A program made the position numbers and the translations under genes. Shown here one piece after another: positions 28,201 through 35,560 of a DNA stretch of 36,640 bases. Within the stretch, counting starts at the first letter, position 1; every line of letters starts with the position of its first letter. Below the pieces are notes generated by a model. That model saw nothing but the letters and a program-made list of their open reading frames with translations. It made no database searches and had not been told where the DNA came from. This stretch comes from a virus (lineage: Duplodnaviria; Caudoviricetes). The stretch covers positions 1 through 36,640 of IMG/VR virus record IMGVR_UViG_3300040736_000114. One strand, 5' to 3'.

Positions 28201-31200
28201 CAAGGTGAATATAGGCTCAAGTCCATTGGCGATGGGCGATGGGAGTTGACAAAAGGCGGTCAGTTTGTTGGCGAATACCCGTCTAAGGCAGAAGCTGAAT
28301 CCCGCATGGCAAAAGGTTCTGAAAAGACTTTCGGTTGGCAAGATGGTCACTCCCAATACTCCGACATCAAAAATCCCGTAGTCCGTATCCGCTTCAACGA
28401 GCGTGAAAACTCCGGAAAGCGTATTCTTTTCGTCGAAGAGATGCAAGGCCCTTCCGACACCGAACAGAAGAAAATGCCGGAATGGCTACGAAAGCGCATC
28501 TATGATATCGGTGTAAAGCGTATCCTTGCCTATGCCAAGGAGAACGGTTTTGACGGGGTTGCGTGGACAACGGGGGAGATGCAGGCGGCGCGGTATGACT
28601 TGTCGAAACAAATCAGCCGCATTAAGTATGAAAAGTCTTCGACCGGCGTTTCGAATGAGGTCAATGAGGAGTATGTAAAAGACGGCGTATTGCTTGCCTA
28701 TGATCTTGACGGCAAGCAGGTCATCAAGGAGTACATCTCCGATGGCGAGTTACCGAATTATATCGGAAAGGATGCTGCCGAAAAATTGATGAAACTGAAT
28801 CCTGAGCCGGGTCGGACTCTTGGCGGCTTGGGTGGCATTTCAAGAGAACTGTCTGGACTTGATTTGAAAGTAGGCGGCGAGGGCTTGAAGCGTCTTTATG
28901 ATCAGACCATACCCGCCATGTTCGCAAAGTACGGCAAGGAGACGGTGGGGAAAGTAACGTACTTTCATTCCGGGCAAAAGCAATTCGGTGAGGGAAACGC
29001 GCTTACAGCTGCGGAACAGGAAGAATATGACATCCTTGAAGAACTGGAGAGCAATGACCGGCCGATGACGCAAGCGCAACTTGACCGTTTTGGAGAGCTT
29101 GATGATCGTTTAGCAGCTATAAATTATGAACGGCCCGAAATGAAACCGGGGGCAATAACAGTCCCCTTCATCCCCATCACCGAAAAGACAGCCTCTGTTT
29201 ATCCTCTATATTCCGCGGCTACTTCCAGGGCCTCCTCCGGCCTACCGGCCGCCGACATCAGGGCCTCCTTTGAGCCGGTCTATAAGAATATGCCCAAGGC
29301 CCCTCCCTGGCGGGTGGTGCAGACCGCCGCCGAGCTGCCGAAGCGGGCGCTGGATGATGCTGCGCGGCGGGGAATCCCGCAACGCTTCCTGCAAGCGGTT
29401 TACTTAGGGCATGAGGTCGTCTACGTCGCGGACCACTTCAATTCCATTGAGGAGGCGAAGCAGGTCATCCTGGAGGAGGTCGTGGTGCATCACGGCCTGC
29501 GCGGCATCATGGCGCGGGATACCTACGAGAAACACATGCTTCAGGCGGCGCTCTGGTACGCCAACAAGCGCACCGACGAATGGAAGGCCCTGGGCAAAAC
29601 CTACGGACTCGACCTCAAGAGCCGGGCGGGACGCATCGAAGCGGCAGAAGAAATGTTGGGACGGGATGCCCGGACCGGCACGGATTCAACCCTGATGACC
29701 CGCATCATAGCCGCAGTCAAGGAGTTCCTGAGAAGCATCGGTTTTGATTTGGGGTACGGAGAGTCGGAGATCCGGGAGCTGCTGGGCAAGGCCAGGAGAT
29801 TCGTAGAAGGAAAAGAAACTCCCCGCCTTGAGAAAAAGGGCAAGGGGGGGATAGACTACGGCGCCCTTCTCCGTAACCTCCGGGAACGGGGAATCACGGA
29901 TGAGCAGCTTCAGGCCGTCGCGGCCTTTGAGCCGGGAGGGGCAAATTACGCCGTTGCTGAACAGTCACGAAATCGAATGGTGGAGGTTCTGGATGCAGTC
30001 AAGAAAATAGCTGCCGGCAGTGATGAGGAGACATTAAAAGATTTTCGCGGAGATCTGGAGACTCTGGGTGGAACAAACGACGTAACTCTTGTCTGGGGTG
30101 ATTCTAAAAAAGGATTGCGTCATATCGGTGAGAAACGCGGGGCGCAAGTAGTCGCGGACGTATTGACGGCAGTGGCTCATGGTTCAATCGCCAAGCAAGT
30201 AGCTGGCAAGAAAACCGTACACATTGTCTTGGGAAACACTGAGGCAGTTCTTTCGCTGGATGAGCATGGAAAACGAAAGTCCTGGTTGTTGACTGGCTGG
30301 AGAATAGGCGAGTCCGATGCTTTCGGTGGGGTTGGTGCCCATGCCGATGCTACGCAGGCCGGACCTGTCTTTAGTCGTTCCGACCTGGGAGCGGACTCTG
30401 TAAAACAAATTATAGCAAATATGGAGAATATTGAAAAGCTCTTATCAGCAACCAAATTCGCCCTCTCCCGGCTCCAGGACGTAAAAACCCAAATCACCGA
30501 CAAGGGTGTCTCACTGAACACCGCCGAGCGGGAGGTGCTGGAGGCCGACCGCGCGAAGGCGGTTGAAGCCATCGGCGAGACGGTCAAAGACTACGACGAA
30601 CCGGGCCGGTTCCTGTTCCGGGCAATCTACGAATCCGACCAGGACAAGGCCCCCGGAGTGGTGCCATACAATCCTGAGCGCGGGCACTACGCCGCCGGGG
30701 AAAACCTCAAGGGCTCATGGTGGACCACATCCCTTTCCACGGCCCAAGAGATAGCCTGGAGCAAGGCGCGAGGCGGTAAAAAGGTGAAGATTGTTGCCCT
30801 TCCGTTGGATAGGTTGCCAAATGGCAACATATACATCCAAAACACCAACCCGCCGGGAATGGTCTATGACCTGTTTGTGGGCCTGCCGGCGGATGTGCCG
30901 ATGTCGGCCGTGCGGGAAATGCCGATTGACTCCGGTATCCGCTATGCCCTGGCGGACCGCTTCGCCGGGTACGTGGGAGAGATGCAGGGCGGCGCGATCT
31001 GGAAGAAGATTGCGCGGCTGCTGAATCCGTTGGACTGGTCACACGTTTATGGCTGGTTCAAAAACATTACTCCTCAGAATATCCAGAACGGCCTCGCCCG
31101 CGTCTTCCGCGACCCTATCGGGGCGGCGGAGGTGGACGAAGACAAGAAGATTTTCGTGGAGAGGGGCATCCAGCGGGAGAGGAACAAGACAAGCCTTGTG

Positions 31201-34200
31201 CTCCGTCTGTTCGGCTGGTTCGGGCCGAGAGAGAAAATTCCGAACTTCTTCGAGCGGCTCACCAAAACCTTCACCACCTTTCACAACAATGACCTGACAA
31301 CGGCGTGGGGCCGGATAGTCGATGAATTCGGAAAACTGTCACAAGGTGACCGCAAGGGTGTGGACTGGCTCCTGTACCGTGGGGATGTTGACGGCAAGGT
31401 GTACCGGACCTATGACATGGTGAAGAATGACAGGAAGGTGTCCAAGAAACTCCCGTCCGAAGCCGCGTTCAATACCTACCTGAAGGTGAGGACGCATATC
31501 GACACCACAGTCGCCGATACCATCGAGGATATAACCCGCCAGTTCATGGCGGAAAACGGCATGTCCGGAGATGAGATAGAAAAGCACATTTTCAATTACC
31601 GGCAGGGTCTCGCGCGGCACGTCGGCTGGTTGCCGCGCAACCATGGCGAGGGGAATTGGCAGGTCAACATCTATCAGCGCATCACCGGTCTCAAGTGGGA
31701 CATCGGACAGTATCAGGCTGTGAAGCATGTGAAGTATCTGACCAAAAATGGTAAAACCGTAGAGTTTGAAAGGACGATAGATGCGCTGTCCGCCTATCTC
31801 CCCTACTTCCCGAGCCATGATGTTGCCAAGGAAATCAAGACGCTGGCGAAACGCTTCGGCCTTGCCTACGAACAGGAAAACGGTCGGCAGCGCGTCTATG
31901 TGGACAAGGGGGCTCAGAAGAGATTCGGTAAAGCTGTTGAGAAACTGAAGGCGTCCCTGGCCGGAGAAGGTCTGGACCAGGCCAAGCGCGAGGAGATGCA
32001 AAAGAAACTGGAAGAATTGGAAACCGCGCTTACTTTTATCAAAGACCATTCACCGAGTAGACAGATCCAGTTCTTCGTCAAGCAGGCGTCCAAAATAATC
32101 GGGCGTTTGGAGTCAAAGAACCTGATGAGCATCCACCGGGCCAAGGAGAATCTGAAGCAGGCCATCGAGGACAAGGAATCCGCTACGGAAATCAGGAGGC
32201 TCGAAGACGAACTGGAAAAACTGGGTGACGGAAGCATCAAGGTGAAGGTCTATATGCGACTCCAGAGTTCCAGGTCCAAGGCCGACAAGCACATGAAGGC
32301 CGTGCGGGCCGACCTGAGAAAGGCCATCCCGGAGAATTTCCGGGAAAGCGGCATCTACGAAGTAAAGGTCAAGTTCAATGACCGGATATCCGAATCCACC
32401 TACGGAGACATGCAGAACGATTTCGCCATGGAGCAGGCCCAGTTGCAGGCAATCAGCATGGCGTCATCCAAACAGGAGATTACCAAGGAAGAAGCGGCGG
32501 CAATCCGCCACCAGATTATCCAATCGACCGCCGAAGTGCTCATGGCCCGCGGGGCCGGAGCGCACAGGATTCAGCGCGCCGAGTACCTGATAGAAGGCTA
32601 TGACACGGAAAACACCCTCGATGCCTACCAGGATTACATGACCGGCACGGCGGGGATGCTGTCCAAGGCAAAATACGCACACGACCAGTTTGAGAATTTC
32701 CGCTATGCGAAGCCGGAAGTGAAGGCGTGGGCCGAGCAGTACATCAAGGACACCCTGCGCAACATGGGGTATGGCGACATGGTGAGCGGCAACCTGCGCT
32801 CTCTGGCCTCCTTGGCGTATCTCGGGTTCAAGGTCTCATCCATGGTCATCAACGCCACCCAACCGTGGACTCTCGGGGTCGCTCACTTGGGCATGCTCAC
32901 CAAGCGGAGCCCGCTGAAGGCGATTGCCAAGGCGCAAAGGGATATTCTGAGCTGTAAAACAGCGAAGAAAGAGGGAGATATAGGGATCACGAAGTCTGAA
33001 GCGGAAATATTCGCCTCGGAAATATGGAAAGAGCAGGAACAGAAGACTGCTGTGCACGAAATGGCAGGTTCCTCGGAAGGCGCTACCGGCAAGGTGTCCC
33101 GCTTCATGCACACCCTGACCGACAAGGCGCTGTTCGGCTTCCAGGAAGTGGAGATGCTCAACCGAAAGACCGTCATCCTTGCCGCGTACCGCACCTTCAA
33201 GGCGGACGGAATGGAGCATGGCGAGGCGCTGAAAAAGGCCCTGGACGTGAACGGGCAGGTCAACAACGAAATGAGCCGGGCGAACAAGCCGGGAATAGCG
33301 CAGAATCCTGTCGGCAATACCCTGTTCACCCTGCAAAGCTTCACGTGGCGTACCTGGAACTGGGTGTTCAACCGACTCACCAGCGGCAAGAAGGAAGACA
33401 TGATTGCCCTGCTCCGCTACGCCGCCGCCATGGCGATAATCGGCGGAGTAGCCGCCCTGCCGGGCGGGGATGAGCTGGATAAGCTCTATCAGATGCTTTT
33501 CGGAGAGAGCCCGAAGCTGGCGTTCCAGAAATGGACGAAGAAACACGCCCGCGAATACGGCTCCCTGGGCGAGATGGTCAACGGCTTCGCCTGGCACGGA
33601 CTGGCCAGCGCCACCGGCGTCAACATATCCAACGCCATGCGCCTACAGATACCAATTGTTTCCCCGGTACTGTCGGGCGATTCCCTTCCCGAGGCCGCAG
33701 GCGGAGTGTTCACCGGCCTCGCGCAAAAGGGCGCCAGGGCGGTTACGGCGGCAAGCCGGGGGGATATGTACAGGATGATTGAGAATATTTCCCCAGAGGC
33801 CCTGTCCGGAGGCATGCGGGCCTACCGAATGGCCACCAGGGGCGCCACCACCGGAACGGGAAAGGTCATTTTCGACGAGAGCGGAAGGCCAATGAAATAC
33901 GGCGCTGGTGAGGCGGTTACCAGGGCGCTCGGTTTTCAGCCGTCCCGGGTATCCGAACGCAACGACCTGACCAACGTGGAAAAGGGTCTGTCGGTACACT
34001 GGAAAGAAGAACGCGGGGATCTGCTCGCCGAGTTGCGCCTCGCAAAACCGGGGGAGCGCAAAGAGGTGACGCTGAAAATAATGCGCTTCAACCGACGTCT
34101 CCGCGATTCCCAGGCCGCCGGGCTGGTGCCGGTAATCAAGGCGGAAACCATCCGGCGGACTCTGGCCGAAAAGCCGAACAAGCGCAAGGCTGAATGGGAA

Positions 34201-34221
34201 CAAAATCAGTTGACTACGTAA
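22258..34221 (+). CDS. Large polyvalent (ejected virion) protein, 3987 aa
   Basis: Gly/Ala-rich membrane-like N-terminus; PBECR-like RNase (~25300-25730); KIDDFGEKIGGARKD (LPD5-like, 25849); zincin HEWFH (26626); DYWSEPHEMAARAF (LPD1-like, 27352); LFVEEMQ domain; EEVVVHHGLRG metallopeptidase-like (29473); barnase/colicin E5-like RNase (~29976-30305); ART-like (~30604-30900); PLxRFG-like WLPRNHG (31627); helical C-terminal domain. Confidence 0.85.
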   Translation: MGVYDYEVPDFVNVDVDAILKDFRSKPITPYVPHPEPVAEESEFTKGMKRGMEGLKSAGYGAAGLVGSGLGIDSVRDWGYQGFLEHEEEASKHAGRVQNIEDIKSIGDVGDWAAGTFGSLVPSIGEAAVTSAAGAIAGSAIGPEGTIAGGITGLVGKQAAKSMVRKLARTYVKDGMERQVAKAAAKEAVESLPAKALMRNLGTKAGIVAGTAPVEAGGMWGEGMQQGKDNPYSAAVFGTLSGLSELVGGEAELIDIFTNPARQAVKGNIVKRIGVELSKTIPQEAAQEATQETLAIINRKVVDPSYEMFGDDARSRVLNSAAAGALGGVAFGGVGGVMSGRSEGRGAGNEEETPSPQPPATEVDPWKEAEEPPHPVTAAEAEEQPVMLEVPKGPLTRAVETGTGTVPNIGETIPSITPTQTTDELVLDEARDWAKQMVGSGRTDLMRQHGEPSRVYDQRILESYQKKDERSTSSSPKYANVVLVNPETGAQETVKPEEVADRLKSGWRTPNQEESPVTHHSSPVTDLHSVTDADRNMLRMAQLRADYWERGSLDNGRSNKTQLFPWLNSWGKITPAEVGKAIGNFLEGRKLGDVQQRLVEAALEYERENPVPFAEEQKTTKEESQDEKVQEEVRGQGPGEIAPAATNALRERAQRYAEKAGYGDVSDWSDKEVASFVKTYDAWRFAERQKQHLTQKISRTKEPKALERLQKTLGQVRKRQAELGLKGAARGEETGNQGTAGKASAGAETVPPVQKLDGQESDGMPVVQPADEVKAVPPITHHPSLITDTENKGGMQDDLSEVRQEERGTEGEVPAVRGETVGNEQRKAKFAEARRKHILRKLAEAKEPKERERLQKALARLEAERDSKQGKTEEKAEVGKLGKDIRKQRVEEFKKKYGYTEADNGEKQDSRKAPETRQEKLLDTLEKAYETQTKRLNSMNLPVPSKNDVRQYIQDGKGAVADVTASIQDIMEEMSRASVQESDSSIPSTTPATEEERPAGAAPPASDEMSKAPSMVRDFAAKVLNGENHPKRLVFKVTTETKRQKVINDTGVDIGGSVEMVLPDSIIHVKKRHLDITLDDWERLPEIAETFNDSYIGRAIGDPKTKRMIFVRESDPYQYVYVAEFASGGRGKRLIVKTYFKDTSKNIEDFLEKNAQKTKEASSGVGDLTQPALRPQNSTSSVDIVPNSDGNVKENEGKIDDFGEKIGGARKDTAEKVSSQTRKAKDKETAPAWKKRFIVSESVKTPGQFKIIDTREGRYSFSSGGQPFTSKEEAENALPVYAVAKTHHVYQNADKTWSVWKRVGERKRLKVVDRDFQSREDAMRFMAKNAVSLLENKTSFGEEILPVPEIAVRKGEERRTGPATPEMFMETFTPRGIEFGNWTNQEERQQVMDHAYDGLLDLAEVLGVPPKALMLNGELAIAFGARGQGLSGAKAHYERDYGVINLTKMKGAGSLAHEWFHALDHYLGRLDGKATSEKEQNKRGDQVYKTRGTGDYLSHGASYKSQLRQELREAYTALVKTMYKKAEQYVEDTEKTEKFVGAARENLKETLDRIRTDLSRDLSNEYTWRKSKKGLAPASAEQLAEFDRLASILVEGGDLATSFRQDNPTAPANSRAAFSGRNTNESLEGISRILKAVRNRSGFNAERTGTLDRLRADMNLYDQRLKMLQEAESGTEKTKQVPTSFAMEAKKMDQARSGDYWSEPHEMAARAFAAYVEDKVAERGGQSDFLVYHAHGGIVVPMIDGFVARPYPEGKERQALNTAFDKFVKAIRTEETEKGVVMFALAPNPGAPFYSKLEKVVESKFPGKSDTRMAAQMLQAWQKKGEFTSDELGQSGLKDFLAGETKVTKQDVLDFLKEQQTEFQDVVLGEESKEQLYEGPDSWGDMPAMTLESWKNEIPENEQEAKATHWYDWYRDDAYRAEDMGEDLSWSDYRDGLIDDLKKSQEIEQPTHFSRYTEPGAKEGSYREMFVTVPSQKPVSVQGEYRLKSIGDGRWELTKGGQFVGEYPSKAEAESRMAKGSEKTFGWQDGHSQYSDIKNPVVRIRFNERENSGKRILFVEEMQGPSDTEQKKMPEWLRKRIYDIGVKRILAYAKENGFDGVAWTTGEMQAARYDLSKQISRIKYEKSSTGVSNEVNEEYVKDGVLLAYDLDGKQVIKEYISDGELPNYIGKDAAEKLMKLNPEPGRTLGGLGGISRELSGLDLKVGGEGLKRLYDQTIPAMFAKYGKETVGKVTYFHSGQKQFGEGNALTAAEQEEYDILEELESNDRPMTQAQLDRFGELDDRLAAINYERPEMKPGAITVPFIPITEKTASVYPLYSAATSRASSGLPAADIRASFEPVYKNMPKAPPWRVVQTAAELPKRALDDAARRGIPQRFLQAVYLGHEVVYVADHFNSIEEAKQVILEEVVVHHGLRGIMARDTYEKHMLQAALWYANKRTDEWKALGKTYGLDLKSRAGRIEAAEEMLGRDARTGTDSTLMTRIIAAVKEFLRSIGFDLGYGESEIRELLGKARRFVEGKETPRLEKKGKGGIDYGALLRNLRERGITDEQLQAVAAFEPGGANYAVAEQSRNRMVEVLDAVKKIAAGSDEETLKDFRGDLETLGGTNDVTLVWGDSKKGLRHIGEKRGAQVVADVLTAVAHGSIAKQVAGKKTVHIVLGNTEAVLSLDEHGKRKSWLLTGWRIGESDAFGGVGAHADATQAGPVFSRSDLGADSVKQIIANMENIEKLLSATKFALSRLQDVKTQITDKGVSLNTAEREVLEADRAKAVEAIGETVKDYDEPGRFLFRAIYESDQDKAPGVVPYNPERGHYAAGENLKGSWWTTSLSTAQEIAWSKARGGKKVKIVALPLDRLPNGNIYIQNTNPPGMVYDLFVGLPADVPMSAVREMPIDSGIRYALADRFAGYVGEMQGGAIWKKIARLLNPLDWSHVYGWFKNITPQNIQNGLARVFRDPIGAAEVDEDKKIFVERGIQRERNKTSLVLRLFGWFGPREKIPNFFERLTKTFTTFHNNDLTTAWGRIVDEFGKLSQGDRKGVDWLLYRGDVDGKVYRTYDMVKNDRKVSKKLPSEAAFNTYLKVRTHIDTTVADTIEDITRQFMAENGMSGDEIEKHIFNYRQGLARHVGWLPRNHGEGNWQVNIYQRITGLKWDIGQYQAVKHVKYLTKNGKTVEFERTIDALSAYLPYFPSHDVAKEIKTLAKRFGLAYEQENGRQRVYVDKGAQKRFGKAVEKLKASLAGEGLDQAKREEMQKKLEELETALTFIKDHSPSRQIQFFVKQASKIIGRLESKNLMSIHRAKENLKQAIEDKESATEIRRLEDELEKLGDGSIKVKVYMRLQSSRSKADKHMKAVRADLRKAIPENFRESGIYEVKVKFNDRISESTYGDMQNDFAMEQAQLQAISMASSKQEITKEEAAAIRHQIIQSTAEVLMARGAGAHRIQRAEYLIEGYDTENTLDAYQDYMTGTAGMLSKAKYAHDQFENFRYAKPEVKAWAEQYIKDTLRNMGYGDMVSGNLRSLASLAYLGFKVSSMVINATQPWTLGVAHLGMLTKRSPLKAIAKAQRDILSCKTAKKEGDIGITKSEAEIFASEIWKEQEQKTAVHEMAGSSEGATGKVSRFMHTLTDKALFGFQEVEMLNRKTVILAAYRTFKADGMEHGEALKKALDVNGQVNNEMSRANKPGIAQNPVGNTLFTLQSFTWRTWNWVFNRLTSGKKEDMIALLRYAAAMAIIGGVAALPGGDELDKLYQMLFGESPKLAFQKWTKKHAREYGSLGEMVNGFAWHGLASATGVNISNAMRLQIPIVSPVLSGDSLPEAAGGVFTGLAQKGARAVTAASRGDMYRMIENISPEALSGGMRAYRMATRGATTGTGKVIFDESGRPMKYGAGEAVTRALGFQPSRVSERNDLTNVEKGLSVHWKEERGDLLAELRLAKPGERKEVTLKIMRFNRRLRDSQAAGLVPVIKAETIRRTLAEKPNKRKAEWEQNQLTT
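23800..23834. repeat. Heptamer array TCACnnn x5
   Basis: TCACCCG TCACTCA TCACTCG TCACCTG TCACTGA. Confidence 0.8.
24586..24620. repeat. Second heptamer array TCACnnn x5
   Basis: CCACCCA TCACTCA TCACCCA TCACTCA TCACTGA. Confidence 0.8.
24647..24721 (+). CDS. Nested 24-aa zinc-ribbon micro-ORF (+1 frame of the giant gene)
   Basis: MICPKCGKKSAGRREKCPQCGEKL* preceded by AAAGGGGGGA. Confidence 0.4.
   Translation: MICPKCGKKSAGRREKCPQCGEKL
25724..25801 (-). ncRNA. Predicted antisense sRNA 1 after the PBECR-like domain
   Basis: Minus-strand TTGACA (25835-25830), 17 bp, GACAAT (25812-25807); nested stems 25733-38/25793-98 and 25743-48/25782-87; ends in a minus-strand U-tract. Confidence 0.5.
30309..30402 (-). 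ncRNA. Predicted antisense sRNA 2 after the barnase/colicin E5-like domain
   Basis: Minus-strand TTTTCA (30437-30432), 17 bp, extended -10 TGCTATAAT (30417-30409); closing stem GAGTCCG/CGGACTC (30310-16/30392-98) enclosing two hairpins. Confidence 0.55.
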
Positions 34222-34256
34222 GAAGAATGGGGTACTGTTCAACAAGTTATTGAACA
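34210..34256 (+). promoter_or_regulatory. Lysis promoter with palindromic operator
   Basis: TTGACT (34210-15), 17 bp, TACTGT (34233-38); TGTTCAA-caagtta-TTGAACA at 34236-34256. Confidence 0.7.
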
Positions 34257-34304
34257 ATCAAAGCGACACTGGGTAAGTTTCAACCCGGATGGATGCGGGA
34301 ACTG

Positions 34305-34347
34305 AAAGCCCCGGTGGGACCGACAACGGTTCTATCGGGGCTTTTTT
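34305..34347 (+). terminator. Intrinsic terminator/attenuator upstream of the lysis genes
   Basis: AAAGCCCCGGTGGGACCG-acaa-CGGTTCTATCGGGGCTTT followed by TTT. Confidence 0.85.
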
Positions 34348-34364
34348 GGTATGGAGGTGCAAAG

Positions 34365-34706
34365 GTGGCGGCGACACCGGATCCGCTGTACACGAAATTA
34401 TTGGAGCAGGGCATCATTTTGTTGTCCGCGACTGTTATCACTGTAGGAGGAGCACTGTGCGGCATCCTGATTTACATCTACCAACAAGGACAAAAGGGAT
34501 TTTCAGAGGCATTGGAAAGCCTTGAAAATCGAATCGGTGAAATAGCGAAAAGCCTGTCAAACCTTGCTGAAAAGCTCTTTGAACGGACTGATGACCATGA
34601 AGCCCGCTTGTCTGCCATGGAGGCCGTATGCAAGGACCGACATAGCGGTGGACAATACCCGTATCGCAGGAAATCGGATTCACCTCACGGAGTTGAGGAG
34701 CCATGA
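34365..34706 (+). CDS. Holin-like protein (single TM plus coiled coil)
   Basis: GGAGGT SD before GTG 34365; one TM then a coiled coil; first gene of the lysis module. Confidence 0.55.
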   Translation: MAATPDPLYTKLLEQGIILLSATVITVGGALCGILIYIYQQGQKGFSEALESLENRIGEIAKSLSNLAEKLFERTDDHEARLSAMEAVCKDRHSGGQYPYRRKSDSPHGVEEP

Positions 34707-34720
34707 AGGAGGGAAGAAAG

Positions 34721-35059
34721 ATGAAAACTGTCGTATTTGGAGTAATGTTGGCGGTGATGTGTTTGCTGTCCGTAGGATGCGCCACAACCACAACCAAGGA
34801 AATGGTGCAGGCGGAACTCACGCTGATGCAGACGAAAATCGCAGCAGCGTCAACCACGTCCGCGCTCTGCCAACAGGGCATAATGTCTCAGCAGGATTGC
34901 GCCACGGCGCTGGCCGCCTATCAATTGTCACAGGTGTCGAGCAATACGGCCCTTTCGCTGTTGCTCGCCAATTGCACGGACGCGGATCTTTCCGCTCAAA
35001 TCCAGGCGGCCATAGCGGCTGGATTCCCTGGTTTATCTTTTGTTAAGGGGACGCAGTAA
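34721..35059 (+). CDS. Lipoprotein (possible spanin component)
   Basis: Signal peptide with lipobox-like LSVG-C; alternative ATG at 34703. Confidence 0.65.
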   Translation: MKTVVFGVMLAVMCLLSVGCATTTTKEMVQAELTLMQTKIAAASTTSALCQQGIMSQQDCATALAAYQLSQVSSNTALSLLLANCTDADLSAQIQAAIAAGFPGLSFVKGTQ

Positions 35060-35496
35060 TGGATAGGCTGGAGGGTTTAGACCCCGGATTCAGGGCAACG
35101 GTGGAGCGGATAGTCTCGGAACTGGAGAAAATCACCGGGAGAAAATGGCTGGTCACGTCCGGGTATCGTAGTATCGCGGAGCAGGATAAACTCTACGCTC
35201 AGGGGCGGACAGCAAAAGGACCTGTAGTGACCAACGCCAGGGGAGGTTCTTCGGCTCATAACTGGCGACTGGCGGTCGATATCTGGCCGCTTCAATCGGA
35301 CGGTTCGGTTGACTGGAAGGCACAGAAGCCAGTTTTCAAGCCCCTTGCAGAGCTCGCCAGGGCGGCAGGATTAACACCTGGATACGATTTCAAAACCCTG
35401 TCAGACTGTAGTCACATAGAGGACCCGGATTGGCGGAGCGTTCGGGCAGATTGGGCGAAAAAGAAGCTTTTGGAGAAAGGGTCAGGCATTGGGTGA
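35059..35496 (+). CDS. Endolysin, M15 family L-Ala-D-Glu peptidase (CwlK/Ply500-like)
   Basis: GYRS..EQ..LYAQGRT...VTNARGGSSAHN..LAVD...D.SHIE. Confidence 0.9.
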   Translation: MDRLEGLDPGFRATVERIVSELEKITGRKWLVTSGYRSIAEQDKLYAQGRTAKGPVVTNARGGSSAHNWRLAVDIWPLQSDGSVDWKAQKPVFKPLAELARAAGLTPGYDFKTLSDCSHIEDPDWRSVRADWAKKKLLEKGSGIG

Positions 35497-35560
35497 CCTT
35501 GAAAAACCGCTCAAATCGAAAATTTGGAAGCCGGTTCCGTGAGGCTCGAAAGGTAACATC

